Part shown: piece by piece, positions 18,165 through 27,538 of the stretch
Numbering within the stretch: position 1 is the first letter of the stretch
How the letters are laid out: every line of letters starts with the position of its first letter
Notes under the pieces: generated by a model
What the model was told of the DNA's origin: nothing
Seen by the model: only the letters and a program-made list of their open reading frames with translations
Databases searched by the model: none
Virus record (IMG/VR): IMGVR_UViG_3300042934_000426
Coordinates: 40,951-104,950 of that record
Strand: one strand, 5' to 3'
DNA: 64,000 nt
From: a virus
Position numbers and translations under genes: made by a program

Positions 18165-18866
18165 TTACTGTTCGAATACTTCAGCTTGTGACTTCGGAAT
18201 CCATCTTTCGAATTTTTGATTATTCAGTTTCTTTACAAACTGTTGGCGCACCTTCTTTCGTTCTGCCTTCGACATACCTAAGACACCCGCTGGGTCATAG
18301 GGAATACCTAACCTATCCGCACACGTCGCACCGAAGCCTGTAACCATGCTAGCGGGCTCAGTGAGTTGCTTCGAACAACGAGCACAAAAGGTCATATCGG
18401 TTAGCATATCTGCATAGCCTTCGACTAACCAGGCTTTTGCGGATTCCGCTTTGACCTTCCCTGTAATGATACGGCTGTCAATTCCTAGGCTCTTCATAAG
18501 GAACGGCTTGATTTTAAGTGTGATGGTCGGGTAGTTACCAGCTTCGGAAGCCTTCTTCTTTTCTTCGTTTTGCTTCGTCCATTCTTTTTCACGTTCCATA
18601 CACTTGCGAACCGCATTAGCCATGTTATCTGTGAATACAGCGCCTTCGTCATGCTTTGCTTTCATATCCAATAGAAATTGAAACGGTTTTGTTTTCTTCG
18701 AAGCTTCTGTTAAGAATGTTCCGAATTCTTCGATTTGTTTTTGGTACGCTCCATTTAACTTCGCTTTTTCCATATCCTTCGTATAAGCGTCTGTAAGTGC
18801 CTTATCTGCCTTTGTAACCTTTTTCGCTACTTCTTCCTTATAAGTTCTTTTCGCCTTCAATACCAT
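18165..18866 (-). CDS. DUF6011-like Zn-finger protein
   Basis: CARCSKQLTEPASMVTGFGATCA motif; start reassigned to MVLKAK after the AGGAGCTGG SD. Confidence 0.7.
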   Translation of the reverse strand: MVLKAKRTYKEEVAKKVTKADKALTDAYTKDMEKAKLNGAYQKQIEEFGTFLTEASKKTKPFQFLLDMKAKHDEGAVFTDNMANAVRKCMEREKEWTKQNEEKKKASEAGNYPTITLKIKPFLMKSLGIDSRIITGKVKAESAKAWLVEGYADMLTDMTFCARCSKQLTEPASMVTGFGATCADRLGIPYDPAGVLGMSKAERKKVRQQFVKKLNNQKFERWIPKSQAEVFEQ

Positions 18867-18898
18867 GCTTCCCAGCTCCTTAAAATGGTTTTGTTTTA

Positions 18899-18957
18899 GG
18901 GGAGCTTTAAGGGCTCCCCTCATACTTAACATACATACGTCTTTTGTTTTGCTCTAC
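18899..18957 (-). promoter_or_regulatory. Phage-type promoter plus 5' hairpin (copy 2)
   Basis: GTAGAGCAAAACAAAAGACGTATGTATGTTAAGTATGAGGGGAGC...GCTCCCCT. Confidence 0.7.
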
Positions 18958-18960
18958 AGC

Positions 18961-19509
18961 TTAGAAGAAGAAGATTCCCAGGTCTTCTCTCCAATACGTG
19001 TCGTCCTGGTATGGTGTGAACATTCCTACGGCACGCTCTTTCGCTTCGATACCGCCATTCCACCATAGAATCGTTTGGAAGCCTTTGTACGTTCCCGAAG
19101 CGTGTAACATATCCTCTGCCGTGCGACTTAGTGTGCGGACATTCGCTTCAGCGTCTTCAGTCTTCGTGATTCCGAAGAATGGTTTGTAGTCCATATTGAC
19201 CAGGTATAAGAAGTAGTCCATAGCGATAGCGTTGTACTGTGCTTTGTGCATAAGAGCGATTCGTTGAATATCCATAGTCTTATTCTTTTTACGCTTGTTG
19301 TGACCCAGCTCGCTCATTTCACTTCTGATTTCTTGATACAGGTTGTGATTCTCTTCGATTTGACGCTTGATACGTGTTTCGAATGTTACGACGTTTCCAA
19401 AAGCTTCGGTTGTTTCTTGGCGAATCATATCCAGCACTTCGAATGAATGAATCCCGTGATTGTTGTTTTGTGTGTCCAGGTTTTTGTAACGTAATGATGT
19501 TCTTGTCAT
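18961..19509 (-). CDS. Hypothetical early protein
   Basis: 182 aa; has its own promoter and an AGGAGCTGG SD. Confidence 0.7.
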   Translation of the reverse strand: MTRTSLRYKNLDTQNNNHGIHSFEVLDMIRQETTEAFGNVVTFETRIKRQIEENHNLYQEIRSEMSELGHNKRKKNKTMDIQRIALMHKAQYNAIAMDYFLYLVNMDYKPFFGITKTEDAEANVRTLSRTAEDMLHASGTYKGFQTILWWNGGIEAKERAVGMFTPYQDDTYWREDLGIFFF

Positions 19510-19535
19510 TTTATCCAGCTCCTAGTTTTTATTTT

Positions 19536-19594
19536 GGGGAGCTTCGGAAGCTCCCTCATACTTACCATACATACGGCTTTTATTTTCCTCTACG
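19536..19594 (-). promoter_or_regulatory. Phage-type promoter plus 5' hairpin (copy 3)
   Basis: CGTAGAGGAAAATAAAAGCCGTATGTATGGTAAGTATGAGGGAGCTTCCGAAGCTCCCC. Confidence 0.7.
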
Positions 19595-19607
19595 GTGCTT
19601 CGGAAGC

Positions 19608-19940
19608 CTATAAAGTCTTCACGTAGTCTAATCCATAATTGTATACAGTTATAAGTCCATTTGTGCGTTTTTGTACCTTCACCATGATACGTTCATTGGT
19701 TACATGGATATTGAATAGGTAGCAATGGCTCTTTACGTAAGTTGTAGCATAAGCAACGGAAATAATAAGCGTATCGTCTTTCTTTTCCTTTGTAGCCGTA
19801 CCGTCAACTAAGAAATCGAGTACCGATTGAATCATTTGTTTTACTTCTTCCTTCGACTGAATCATTTTCCCTACAAATACCTTAATGAATAAGTCGTTTG
19901 CCATTTTCATAAAGTGTTTTTCTGTTATTGCTTTCATCAT
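19608..19940 (-). CDS. Hypothetical early protein
   Basis: Start reassigned to MMKAITE after the AGGAGCTGG SD. Confidence 0.65.
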   Translation of the reverse strand: MMKAITEKHFMKMANDLFIKVFVGKMIQSKEEVKQMIQSVLDFLVDGTATKEKKDDTLIISVAYATTYVKSHCYLFNIHVTNERIMVKVQKRTNGLITVYNYGLDYVKTL

Positions 19941-19961
19941 AACCAGCTCCTTTTTTGTTTT

Positions 19962-20014
19962 AGGGGCTTTCCCCCTCATTATTACCATACATACGTCTTT
20001 TATTTTATTCTACG
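19962..20014 (-). promoter_or_regulatory. Phage-type promoter plus 5' hairpin (copy 4)
   Basis: CGTAGAATAAAATAAAAGACGTATGTATGGTAATAATGAGGGGG-AAAG-CCCCT. Confidence 0.7.
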
Positions 20015-20049
20015 CCCTTCGGAAGTGTATTATCCACGTCAATAAATAG

Positions 20050-20085
20050 AAAAAGACCCATGCCTTCAGGGGTGGCATGGGTCTT
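20050..20085 (-). terminator. Intrinsic terminator after the HU gene
   Basis: AAGACCCATGCC...GGCATGGGTCTT plus T run. Confidence 0.8.
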
Positions 20086-20116
20086 ACAGGGGTATTCGGG
20101 TTAGGTTAAGTATAGC

Positions 20117-20470
20117 TTACTTTAACGCGTCTTTCAATGCCTTACCAGGTTTGAACGCTGGATATTTACCACCAGCAATTTCAAGTTCTTCGCCTGTTTG
20201 TGGATTGCGTCCCTTTCTTGCTTGACGCTCACGCACTTCGTACACGCCATGACCTATGTAGCGTACTTTATCACCATTTTGAAGAGCACCTAAGATAAGG
20301 GACTTCTCAGCGTCTAAGATTTTACCGATAACGCCCTGAGATACTTCGACAGGGTGGTCACCCGCTTTTAGTTCTTCCTGAATGGCTTTGACCATATCCT
20401 CTTTACCGAAAATCGTTCCTTTTGTTTCGACTACTTCTACAGGTGCTTCTACAGCTTTTTTCTTTGCCAT
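20117..20470 (-). CDS. HU/IHF (TF1-like) DNA-binding protein
   Basis: [17 protein letters not shown]...[11 protein letters not shown] signature. Confidence 0.92.
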   Translation of the reverse strand: MAKKKAVEAPVEVVETKGTIFGKEDMVKAIQEELKAGDHPVEVSQGVIGKILDAEKSLILGALQNGDKVRYIGHGVYEVRERQARKGRNPQTGEELEIAGGKYPAFKPGKALKDALK

Positions 20471-20569
20471 GATTCTTTATCTCCTTTGGGTCTATGCCCA
20501 TATTGAATTCGGTAGCTCACCAGCTCCGTTAAGGCGACTATATCACTCTCGGATAAGCTTCGTCAATAG

Positions 20570-20613
20570 AAAAAGCTCCCGAAGCGTATTGGTGGGCTCT
20601 TCGGGAGCTTTTT
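20570..20613 (-). terminator. Intrinsic terminator after the lysis cassette
   Basis: AAAAAGCTCCCGAAG...CTTCGGGAGCTTTTT. Confidence 0.8.
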
Positions 20614-20793
20614 CTATTTCTTTTCCTTTTTCGGTTTCATGAAAATACCCGCAATCGCTATACCCGCTAATGTAAGGTCAGCTATAGCGTTGGTTAATTC
20701 CCCAGGTACTTCGTAGCCTGTAGCATGCTTTACTACGACGGCAAGTGCGGATATCACAGGAATGAGTAACGCTTTATTGAATGTATGCTTCAT
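20614..20793 (-). CDS. Putative holin (59 aa, two TM segments)
   Basis: Manual translation MKHTFNKALLIPVISALAVVVKHATGYEVPGELTNAIADLTLAGIAIAGIFMKPKKEKK; basic C-terminus; overlaps the endolysin stop. Confidence 0.7.
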   Translation of the reverse strand: MKHTFNKALLIPVISALAVVVKHATGYEVPGELTNAIADLTLAGIAIAGIFMKPKKEKK

Positions 20794-21548
20794 AGGTTTC
20801 GACGCTCCTTTATGACAATAGGTTTATAGCCTTTCGCCTTCAATTCGTCCTGAAGTCTTTTTGCGTTGTCTTCGTTTTCGTATGCCCCTACTTGAACAAG
20901 GAAAACGTACCCTTCCGAAGTGGGCTTTGTAGGTGAAGGTGTCGGCTTCGGAACGTAGGTCTTCCCAAAAATCTCACATATTGCCTTCGCCAGCTCCACC
21001 GCGCACTCACGACGGTACTCGTCCGATAGAAGCCTCTTCACGTCGTCTTGGTTGTCCATAAAGCCCAGCTCGACAAGAATCGAAACAGGCTTGACGTTCT
21101 TTATCATGTAAAGCCATGCCCCAGGTTTTAAACCTCTATCCTTCATTTTAGTTCCTTGCATAACGTGATGATGAACCACTTGCGCTACCTTTTTCGATAG
21201 AGCGGAAGTTTCATAGTAAAGCGTTTCGATACCGCCCGCCTTATCGTTTAAGATTCCGTCGAAGGCGTTGGCATGGATTTCTACGTGAAGGTGTGCCCCT
21301 GATTCATTCACACGCTTCGCACGGGTTTCTAGTGGTACATCTATCTTGTCGTGGTCAACATCTACATGCTTAATCCCACAACGCTTCAGTTCTTCAGCTA
21401 AGTAGTCTTGGACGGCTTCGTTGAACTCTTTTTCTTTCATACGCTGACCATTTCGCTGTGGTAGTGGTGGCGTTTCTTTTCCGTTGGTATCGTATCCATG
21501 CCCCGCTGAAGACGATACGATTGGTTCAGACACCTGAATAAGTGCCAT
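20790..21548 (-). CDS. Endolysin: N-acetylmuramoyl-L-alanine amidase (Amidase_3) with SPOR domain
   Basis: AGHG, EKEFN, EIHANA and ILVELGFMDN motifs; C-terminal VQVGAYENEDNA SPOR motif; start reassigned to MALIQV. Confidence 0.92.
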   Translation of the reverse strand: MALIQVSEPIVSSSAGHGYDTNGKETPPLPQRNGQRMKEKEFNEAVQDYLAEELKRCGIKHVDVDHDKIDVPLETRAKRVNESGAHLHVEIHANAFDGILNDKAGGIETLYYETSALSKKVAQVVHHHVMQGTKMKDRGLKPGAWLYMIKNVKPVSILVELGFMDNQDDVKRLLSDEYRRECAVELAKAICEIFGKTYVPKPTPSPTKPTSEGYVFLVQVGAYENEDNAKRLQDELKAKGYKPIVIKERRNL

Positions 21549-21561
21549 ATAGGTTGTCCCC

Positions 21562-21864
21562 CTATGCGATAATTTTCTTATGGATTTCACTTACTTTATC
21601 ATTCGTATCTTTTGCCGTGTCGACACCCTTCCGAAGCGTTTCCATAATTTCCTTTTGGAATTCGATTTCCCGCTCGGCTTGCTTGGCAAAAACGTCTGAC
21701 AAACTATTAAAAGCGTCCGTGTTCTTGTTCAGCGAATCGGTGCTGTTTGCCCATTGTGTCATCACTAGCCTAAAGGCTTGGTAGCCGAAGTAGATAACCG
21801 CAATCGCGATTCCTATGCCCCCCAGGTCTTTTGCTAGCTTGAACCACTCGAAATCAATCGTCAT
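21562..21864 (-). CDS. Putative holin-like protein (one TM segment plus coiled coil)
   Basis: GGIGIAIAVIYFGY TM segment; immediately upstream of the endolysin. Confidence 0.6.
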   Translation of the reverse strand: MTIDFEWFKLAKDLGGIGIAIAVIYFGYQAFRLVMTQWANSTDSLNKNTDAFNSLSDVFAKQAEREIEFQKEIMETLRKGVDTAKDTNDKVSEIHKKIIA

Positions 21865-21910
21865 ACCCCCTGACCCCTTCCTTCCAAAATTCCAGCCCTG
21901 ATTACTTATT

Positions 21911-22420
21911 CTATTTTACCACCTGGTAACCATTTGAAATAGAGCTAACCTTCCGAAGGTTATAAACTTGGATAAGTTCATGAGGGTACACGTCCCCTAC
22001 ACCTATTTGTAGCAACCGCTTCACGCCTACTACGTAAAAAATGTAGTCGACCACTTCGGAACAATACAATTTGTTTTTCTCTTCGATAAGCGTACGATTG
22101 GACTTCCACCAGCTTCGAAGTATTAAACCGACCATTTCTAGGTAGTCGTAAGCCTTTCCTTCCTGTGTGTAGGCTAGAAGCTCGATATGAAACTGTTGCT
22201 TACGGGTTAGCTCGGTGCGGTAGACTTCGAACACTTCCGAAGGCTGTATACGTCGTATCTTCGTTTTTGTAAACCGCTGGGCTTCGAGCACAAGCGGTGT
22301 TCCGTCAATGTCTTCCCCTATGACTAAGGCTACATGGGTGTAAGATGACTTCGTGATGTAAGCAATAACCTTAGAAATAAGGGAACGTCCCTTGAAAAAA
22401 AGTACGTCCCCTGTTTTCAT
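21911..22420 (-). CDS. Permuted papain-like NlpC/P60 (YiiX/YebB-like) hydrolase
   Basis: GDVLFF, SSYTHVAL, GKAYD and LYCSEVV motifs; start reassigned to MKTGD. Confidence 0.85.
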   Translation of the reverse strand: MKTGDVLFFKGRSLISKVIAYITKSSYTHVALVIGEDIDGTPLVLEAQRFTKTKIRRIQPSEVFEVYRTELTRKQQFHIELLAYTQEGKAYDYLEMVGLILRSWWKSNRTLIEEKNKLYCSEVVDYIFYVVGVKRLLQIGVGDVYPHELIQVYNLRKVSSISNGYQVVK

Positions 22421-22433
22421 GCTCCTAGCTCCC

Positions 22434-23075
22434 TTACCAATTAATAGCGTCGACTTTGGCAAAACCGACTGAGGAAGTATCTGATATCAGTGTAACCGCC
22501 TGTTTAAGTTGGTCGTATTTGAATAGTTGAGCTTTCTTATGCGCTAATCCTTCGGAATGAATTTTTAGCCATTCTTCCCGTGTGTGCACGACATAACCAG
22601 CGTCTTCGGTTTTCCATGGAACATCGATAATCGAAGGGTCGCTAGTTAGCTCGTCTTTCTGACCAATAAAGTTAATTTGGTCATCCCGATTGGTTCGGTA
22701 GTGGTGACCATTTATCTTCGAAGTGAAGCCTTCTTCGATAGCCAGCTCACACAAGCGTTTTAAGCTGGCGATTTTGATAGCTTTTAAGTTCGCTAGACCT
22801 TCCGCTTGCACAATACCTTTATCATAGGTGAACTCAAGCACCCTTTTTTCAGCATTGATACGATACCCTGTGCATTTCGAGAACTCTTCGTCATAGGCTC
22901 CGTAGTCTAGCTCTAGCACGTCAAACGTTCCTTCTGGTTGTTTCGCTAGAATCGAATAGGCTTCGATGTCTTGTTCAACGGTTGTTTCTATGACATCACC
23001 TTGCATTTTTCCTGTATCCAGGATGATACGCCCTGTGTCTTTCTCAAAATAAATTCTACGCTTAATGTACTTCAT
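22434..23075 (-). CDS. Tail fibre assembly/chaperone-like protein
   Basis: Directly downstream of the tail fibre; DUF4376-like C-terminal half (RDDQIN...WKT...INW). Confidence 0.6.
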   Translation of the reverse strand: MKYIKRRIYFEKDTGRIILDTGKMQGDVIETTVEQDIEAYSILAKQPEGTFDVLELDYGAYDEEFSKCTGYRINAEKRVLEFTYDKGIVQAEGLANLKAIKIASLKRLCELAIEEGFTSKINGHHYRTNRDDQINFIGQKDELTSDPSIIDVPWKTEDAGYVVHTREEWLKIHSEGLAHKKAQLFKYDQLKQAVTLISDTSSVGFAKVDAINW

Positions 23076-23113
23076 TATTTTTACCCTCCTTCAATAGCCC
23101 ATTAAAATAGTGT

Positions 23114-26100
23114 CTACAAGCTTCCTTCGTAGGCGTACCATTCCCACGTAACAACCTGTCCCGCTTGATAGGAGCTAAAGGTAAAACCTGTAGATGTAGT
23201 AGAAGCTGTACCATAAGATGTGTAAACGTTACCGCCATTATGGTACCAATCATAACAGTTCATAGCGTCTTCTCTTGCTATTTGACCTGCGTCACTATTC
23301 TTGTACCATGAGCCAACGATTGTTCTTCTAAATAATAAACTGGAACCTGTAGTGAATCCCATAAGAAGAACCACAGCGGGCTCAAAAGCTAAGTTGTTTA
23401 CGGTTTGTACAGTGTCGGGATTAATAAAATAAAAGGCTCCTGACGCTTTCCGTCCAACGGTTCCTGTGACCCCGAAAATATTGACACCTTTTAGGATATT
23501 AAAAGCCTTTAAGTCAGCGTCACCCGCAATCGTAATCGCACTAGAGTAATAGCCCGCTGGTTTCGTTTGATTACTAGCCGAAGGGGTAACGGTTCCACCC
23601 GCTCCATTATTTGCTATGGTTCCTGATACGACTGCCCCATTGACGAAGGCTTTTCGCCCTGTAAGGATTTGTGAAGCGCTTGCTGGTGCTGTCGCTTCGG
23701 TTGTATCGATGACGTTCGTCGCTCCCGCTACTCCGAAGATATTGACACCCGCTTTGATGTTGGCGCTCACTAGGTCAGTGTCACCAGCCACCGAACCACC
23801 ACTGTAGTAACCCGCTGGTATAGAAATAGCGCTTGCTCCTGGTGTAAAGCTAGGACTTCCTTGGTTCGGCATGGTTCCTGTTGTTTTTGTCCCATTTACC
23901 CAGGCAATTCGACCCGTCAAAATCTGTGAATTTGTTGCTGGGGATGTACCTTCTGTCGTGTCTACTACCTGGGACTTTCCAGCTACCCCAAAGATATCCA
24001 CGCCCGCTTTAATGTTCGCACTTATGAGGTCAGGGTCACCCGCTATGGAGCCACCGCTATAGTAGCCCGCTGAAAGAGGGATAGAGCCTATTCCTGGTGT
24101 AAAGCTAGGACTTCCTTGGTTCGGCATGGTTCCTGTGACCTTCGCCCCGTTCACGAAGCCTATTTTACCTGTCAGAATTTGCCCCGCACTCGCTGGCGAA
24201 GTCGCTTCGGAAGTATCGACGACGTTCGTCGCTCCCACTACTCCGAAAATATCCACGCCCGCTTTGATGTTGGCACTCACTAAGTCGGTATCTCCGCTGA
24301 TAGTAATGGCGCTTGAATAGTAGCCCGCTGGCTTCGTTTGGTTAGCCGTTCCTGGTGTGACCGTTCCACCCGCTCCATTGTTTGCCATGGTGCCTGTGAC
24401 CTTTGCCCCTTGGACGAAGCCCACTTTTCCTGATAGGACGTCACCAGCCGTGATTCGATTCGCAACCGTCGCTTCGGCTGTGTCGACCACTTCGGTTTTC
24501 CCCGCTACCCCAAAGATATCCACACCCGCTTTGATGTTGGCGCTTATAAGGTCAGCGTCCCCTACAATAACGCTTGGGTTTCCTAATCCGTAGTAACCGT
24601 AAGGAATCGTTATGTCTGTCGCTCCAGGTGTAAAGGTCTTTTTTGTTCCTACTAAAGCATAATCAGGCATAGTCCCTACTTTTTTAACCCCATTTACAAA
24701 CCCTACGTAACCTTCTCGTAAATCTTGAACATCTATAGGTTTAGTCGCGTCGGAAGTATCGACGACGTTCGTCGCTCCCACTACTCCGAAAATATCCACG
24801 CCCGCTTTGATATTCGCGCTTATGAGGTCAGCGTCACCACTAATAGTAATAGCGCTTGAATAATAGCCCGCTGGCTTCGTTTGGTTCGCTGTGCTTGGTG
24901 TGACCGTGCCACCCGCTCCATTGTTTGCCATGGTTCCCGTGACCTTTGCCCCTTGGACGAAGCCTACTTTCCCTGTAAGCATATCACCAGCCGTTACACG
25001 GTTACCAACGGTCGCTTCGGAAGTGTCTACCACTTCTGTTTTCCCCGCCACACCGAAGATATTCACGCCCGCTTTGATGTTGGCTGAAATCAGGTCAGCG
25101 TCACCTGAAATGACGCCCGCACCACTATGGTATCCGTCAGGGATTGTAATATTAGCGGTTCCTGGTGTAGCGCCCCATGCCCCTCTATCAGGCATAGTAC
25201 CTGTGATTTTCGCACCATTTACAAACCCAACTCTTCCCGCTAATACACGCCCTACCGTAATAGGAGAAGGTACTTCGGTGGTATCCACCACTTCGGTTTT
25301 CCCCGCTACCCCAAAAATATCAGCACCCGCTTTGATGTTGGCGCTCACTAAATCAGCGTCACCCGCTATGGTGATATCCGTAGAGTAATACCCATAGCCT
25401 TTTGTTTGGTTCGCTGTACCAGGTGTGACCGTTCCACCAGCTCCACGATTCGGCATATCTCCGATTAGCTTCACACCATTTACGAAGGCTACTTTATTAT
25501 TTACGATATGACCTGTTATAGCTGGTGAGGTCGCTTCGGAAGTGTCGACCACTTCGGTTTTCCCCGCTACGCCAAAGATATCTACGCCCGCTCGAATATT
25601 ACCTGTTAGAAGGTCAGCGTCGCCCGCTACGGTACCTGTACCATCGTGGTAACCCGCTGGTATCGTTTGATTCGCTGTCCCAGGCGTTATGCTCGTTGTA
25701 GAAGTTGCCATGGTTCCTGTGACCTTAGCCCCGTTGACGAAGGCAACTTTAGGCGCTAAAATGTGGCTCGCTCCCGCTGGATTAAGCGCTTCGGAAGTGT
25801 CTGATACCGTCGACGTCCCCGCTACACCAAAGATGTTCACGCCCGCTTTGATATTGCCTGGTACTAAGTCGGGGTCACCTTCGATGGTAATCGCTCCATC
25901 ATAAACACCCGCCCCCTTTACGATATTGGCTGTACCTGGTGTGATGGTTTGAGCCGTTGTTGCTTGCACCGCTAGCGTCCCTGTTACGAGCGCACCATTG
26001 ACATAAGCTTTCTGCCCGCTTCGGATTTGACCCGCACTTGCTGGGTTTGTGCTTACGGACGTGTTTACGACGTTTGTGTCACCCGCTACTCCGAAGATAT

Positions 26101-27520
26101 TAACGCCCGCCTTAATGTTGGCTGTTACGAGGTCTGCGTCTGTTATCTGTATGTTAGGTTCACCACCAGGGTAGTAACCTTTTGGTACATGTACAGACAC
26201 CGATGTATCCGTATTCGTATTTATCCATGTAGTATCTTCATTTACAACGCCTGTTTTATTAGTCATAGACCCTGTTTGGTCACCTGTATCATTTGAGAAT
26301 GTTTTTCCGCTCAATACTTCTGCTGGTTGAGCGTTTCCTGACCCCCCTTCACCCTGTAAGATAAAATCCGTGCCGTTATAGACCAGCGTATAAACGCTTC
26401 CTGTTTTTAAGTTTCCAGCGGATAAAAGACCGCCATTCCCTTTTTTAATCGTCTTCGCGCCTAAACCGTTCACGTTAACCGTTGCGGAACCTGTATTATC
26501 CGCATGAATCTCTAATCGAAGCGATAGTCCTTTGACTAGGGTAGGGGCTGGCGTTAAAGTAGCGGTATAAGCCGTTCCTGTGCCCGCTGACACGACATAA
26601 GGCGTGTGAAGGGTAAAGGTATTCGCGTGGGCGTTTAAGGTCGTTTGAGTGACTAGTGATTCCCATGCTGTCCATGTACTGTTTGACTTCTTTCGACTAT
26701 ACGTACCTTCGGGGTTCGTACCAATCGCAATTTGTACCCCACCTGTTGCGGAAGTTTTTATATGAATAATACCGTAGTAATCAGCTAGTATACCTCTTGG
26801 ACTGTTTGTTAGGTTTGTTCCTTGATAAAAACCTGTTACGTCTAAAGTATTTAAGTCTGTGCTACCAATATCTTTCGCCACACTACCCAATCCGAAGCCC
26901 TTCGCAAAGTTAATCGCATTAGTTTCAGCGGTACTCGATAAGGCGGTCGCAATCGCTCTAGCGTCCGCTAGAATGGTTGTATCTGTAAATGTTAGTTTCT
27001 GTACCGTAGGTTGACCCCCTACCGCCACAATATCGCACAGCTTTTGGAAGGTACCTGTCCCTACGTTCGTCTTCGTCAACTGATAGGTCACTTGTAGTCT
27101 TCGGGTCGTTTCCTCTCCCATACGAGCGTCTAGCATGGTATTCGGTACGGTTGTCGAAGTCGCTAAGTCCCCATGCTTCTTAATTCCGTCTGTATGAGCT
27201 TTCACGCTCTCGATTTTATTTAAGTAAACAGCGTCCCCACTGGCTACGGCAAAATCGGTCGAAGTAAGGAGGATAATTTCCCCGTCAATCGATACGTATT
27301 CATTCGTGATATTCAGCTTCCCGTTGGCTACGGCATACGTTCCCATGTACAGAGGTCTGCTTCCGAAGACTAATTGTAGTAGTCGTGCGGTTCGGAAGTT
27401 TTGGATATCCTGAGCTTCGTTGAGCTCGGCTTCGGTTATCTTCGCGTCCGCACCGAAAATGACCTTCTTAAATTGTGCTTCTTTGTTGAAATAACTATCG
27501 ACTGTAAAAATAGCTGGCAT
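23114..27520 (-). CDS. Long tail fibre / receptor-binding protein with 11 internal repeats
   Basis: N-terminal baseplate anchor (ELNEAQ), a DLNT..TGFY fibre motif, and 11 copies of (G)DxDLxxxNI(K/R/L)xG(V/A)xIFGVxG. Confidence 0.9.
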   Translation of the reverse strand: MPAIFTVDSYFNKEAQFKKVIFGADAKITEAELNEAQDIQNFRTARLLQLVFGSRPLYMGTYAVANGKLNITNEYVSIDGEIILLTSTDFAVASGDAVYLNKIESVKAHTDGIKKHGDLATSTTVPNTMLDARMGEETTRRLQVTYQLTKTNVGTGTFQKLCDIVAVGGQPTVQKLTFTDTTILADARAIATALSSTAETNAINFAKGFGLGSVAKDIGSTDLNTLDVTGFYQGTNLTNSPRGILADYYGIIHIKTSATGGVQIAIGTNPEGTYSRKKSNSTWTAWESLVTQTTLNAHANTFTLHTPYVVSAGTGTAYTATLTPAPTLVKGLSLRLEIHADNTGSATVNVNGLGAKTIKKGNGGLLSAGNLKTGSVYTLVYNGTDFILQGEGGSGNAQPAEVLSGKTFSNDTGDQTGSMTNKTGVVNEDTTWINTNTDTSVSVHVPKGYYPGGEPNIQITDADLVTANIKAGVNIFGVAGDTNVVNTSVSTNPASAGQIRSGQKAYVNGALVTGTLAVQATTAQTITPGTANIVKGAGVYDGAITIEGDPDLVPGNIKAGVNIFGVAGTSTVSDTSEALNPAGASHILAPKVAFVNGAKVTGTMATSTTSITPGTANQTIPAGYHDGTGTVAGDADLLTGNIRAGVDIFGVAGKTEVVDTSEATSPAITGHIVNNKVAFVNGVKLIGDMPNRGAGGTVTPGTANQTKGYGYYSTDITIAGDADLVSANIKAGADIFGVAGKTEVVDTTEVPSPITVGRVLAGRVGFVNGAKITGTMPDRGAWGATPGTANITIPDGYHSGAGVISGDADLISANIKAGVNIFGVAGKTEVVDTSEATVGNRVTAGDMLTGKVGFVQGAKVTGTMANNGAGGTVTPSTANQTKPAGYYSSAITISGDADLISANIKAGVDIFGVVGATNVVDTSDATKPIDVQDLREGYVGFVNGVKKVGTMPDYALVGTKKTFTPGATDITIPYGYYGLGNPSVIVGDADLISANIKAGVDIFGVAGKTEVVDTAEATVANRITAGDVLSGKVGFVQGAKVTGTMANNGAGGTVTPGTANQTKPAGYYSSAITISGDTDLVSANIKAGVDIFGVVGATNVVDTSEATSPASAGQILTGKIGFVNGAKVTGTMPNQGSPSFTPGIGSIPLSAGYYSGGSIAGDPDLISANIKAGVDIFGVAGKSQVVDTTEGTSPATNSQILTGRIAWVNGTKTTGTMPNQGSPSFTPGASAISIPAGYYSGGSVAGDTDLVSANIKAGVNIFGVAGATNVIDTTEATAPASASQILTGRKAFVNGAVVSGTIANNGAGGTVTPSASNQTKPAGYYSSAITIAGDADLKAFNILKGVNIFGVTGTVGRKASGAFYFINPDTVQTVNNLAFEPAVVLLMGFTTGSSLLFRRTIVGSWYKNSDAGQIAREDAMNCYDWYHNGGNVYTSYGTASTTSTGFTFSSYQAGQVVTWEWYAYEGSL

Positions 27521-27538
27521 GTAGCTCGTCCCCCTTTA

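Noticed and set aside
23114-27520. Diversity-generating retroelement or invertible tail fibre cassette
   Set aside because: Repeats are in-frame and direct, differences are not adenine-specific, and no reverse transcriptase or invertase is in the window
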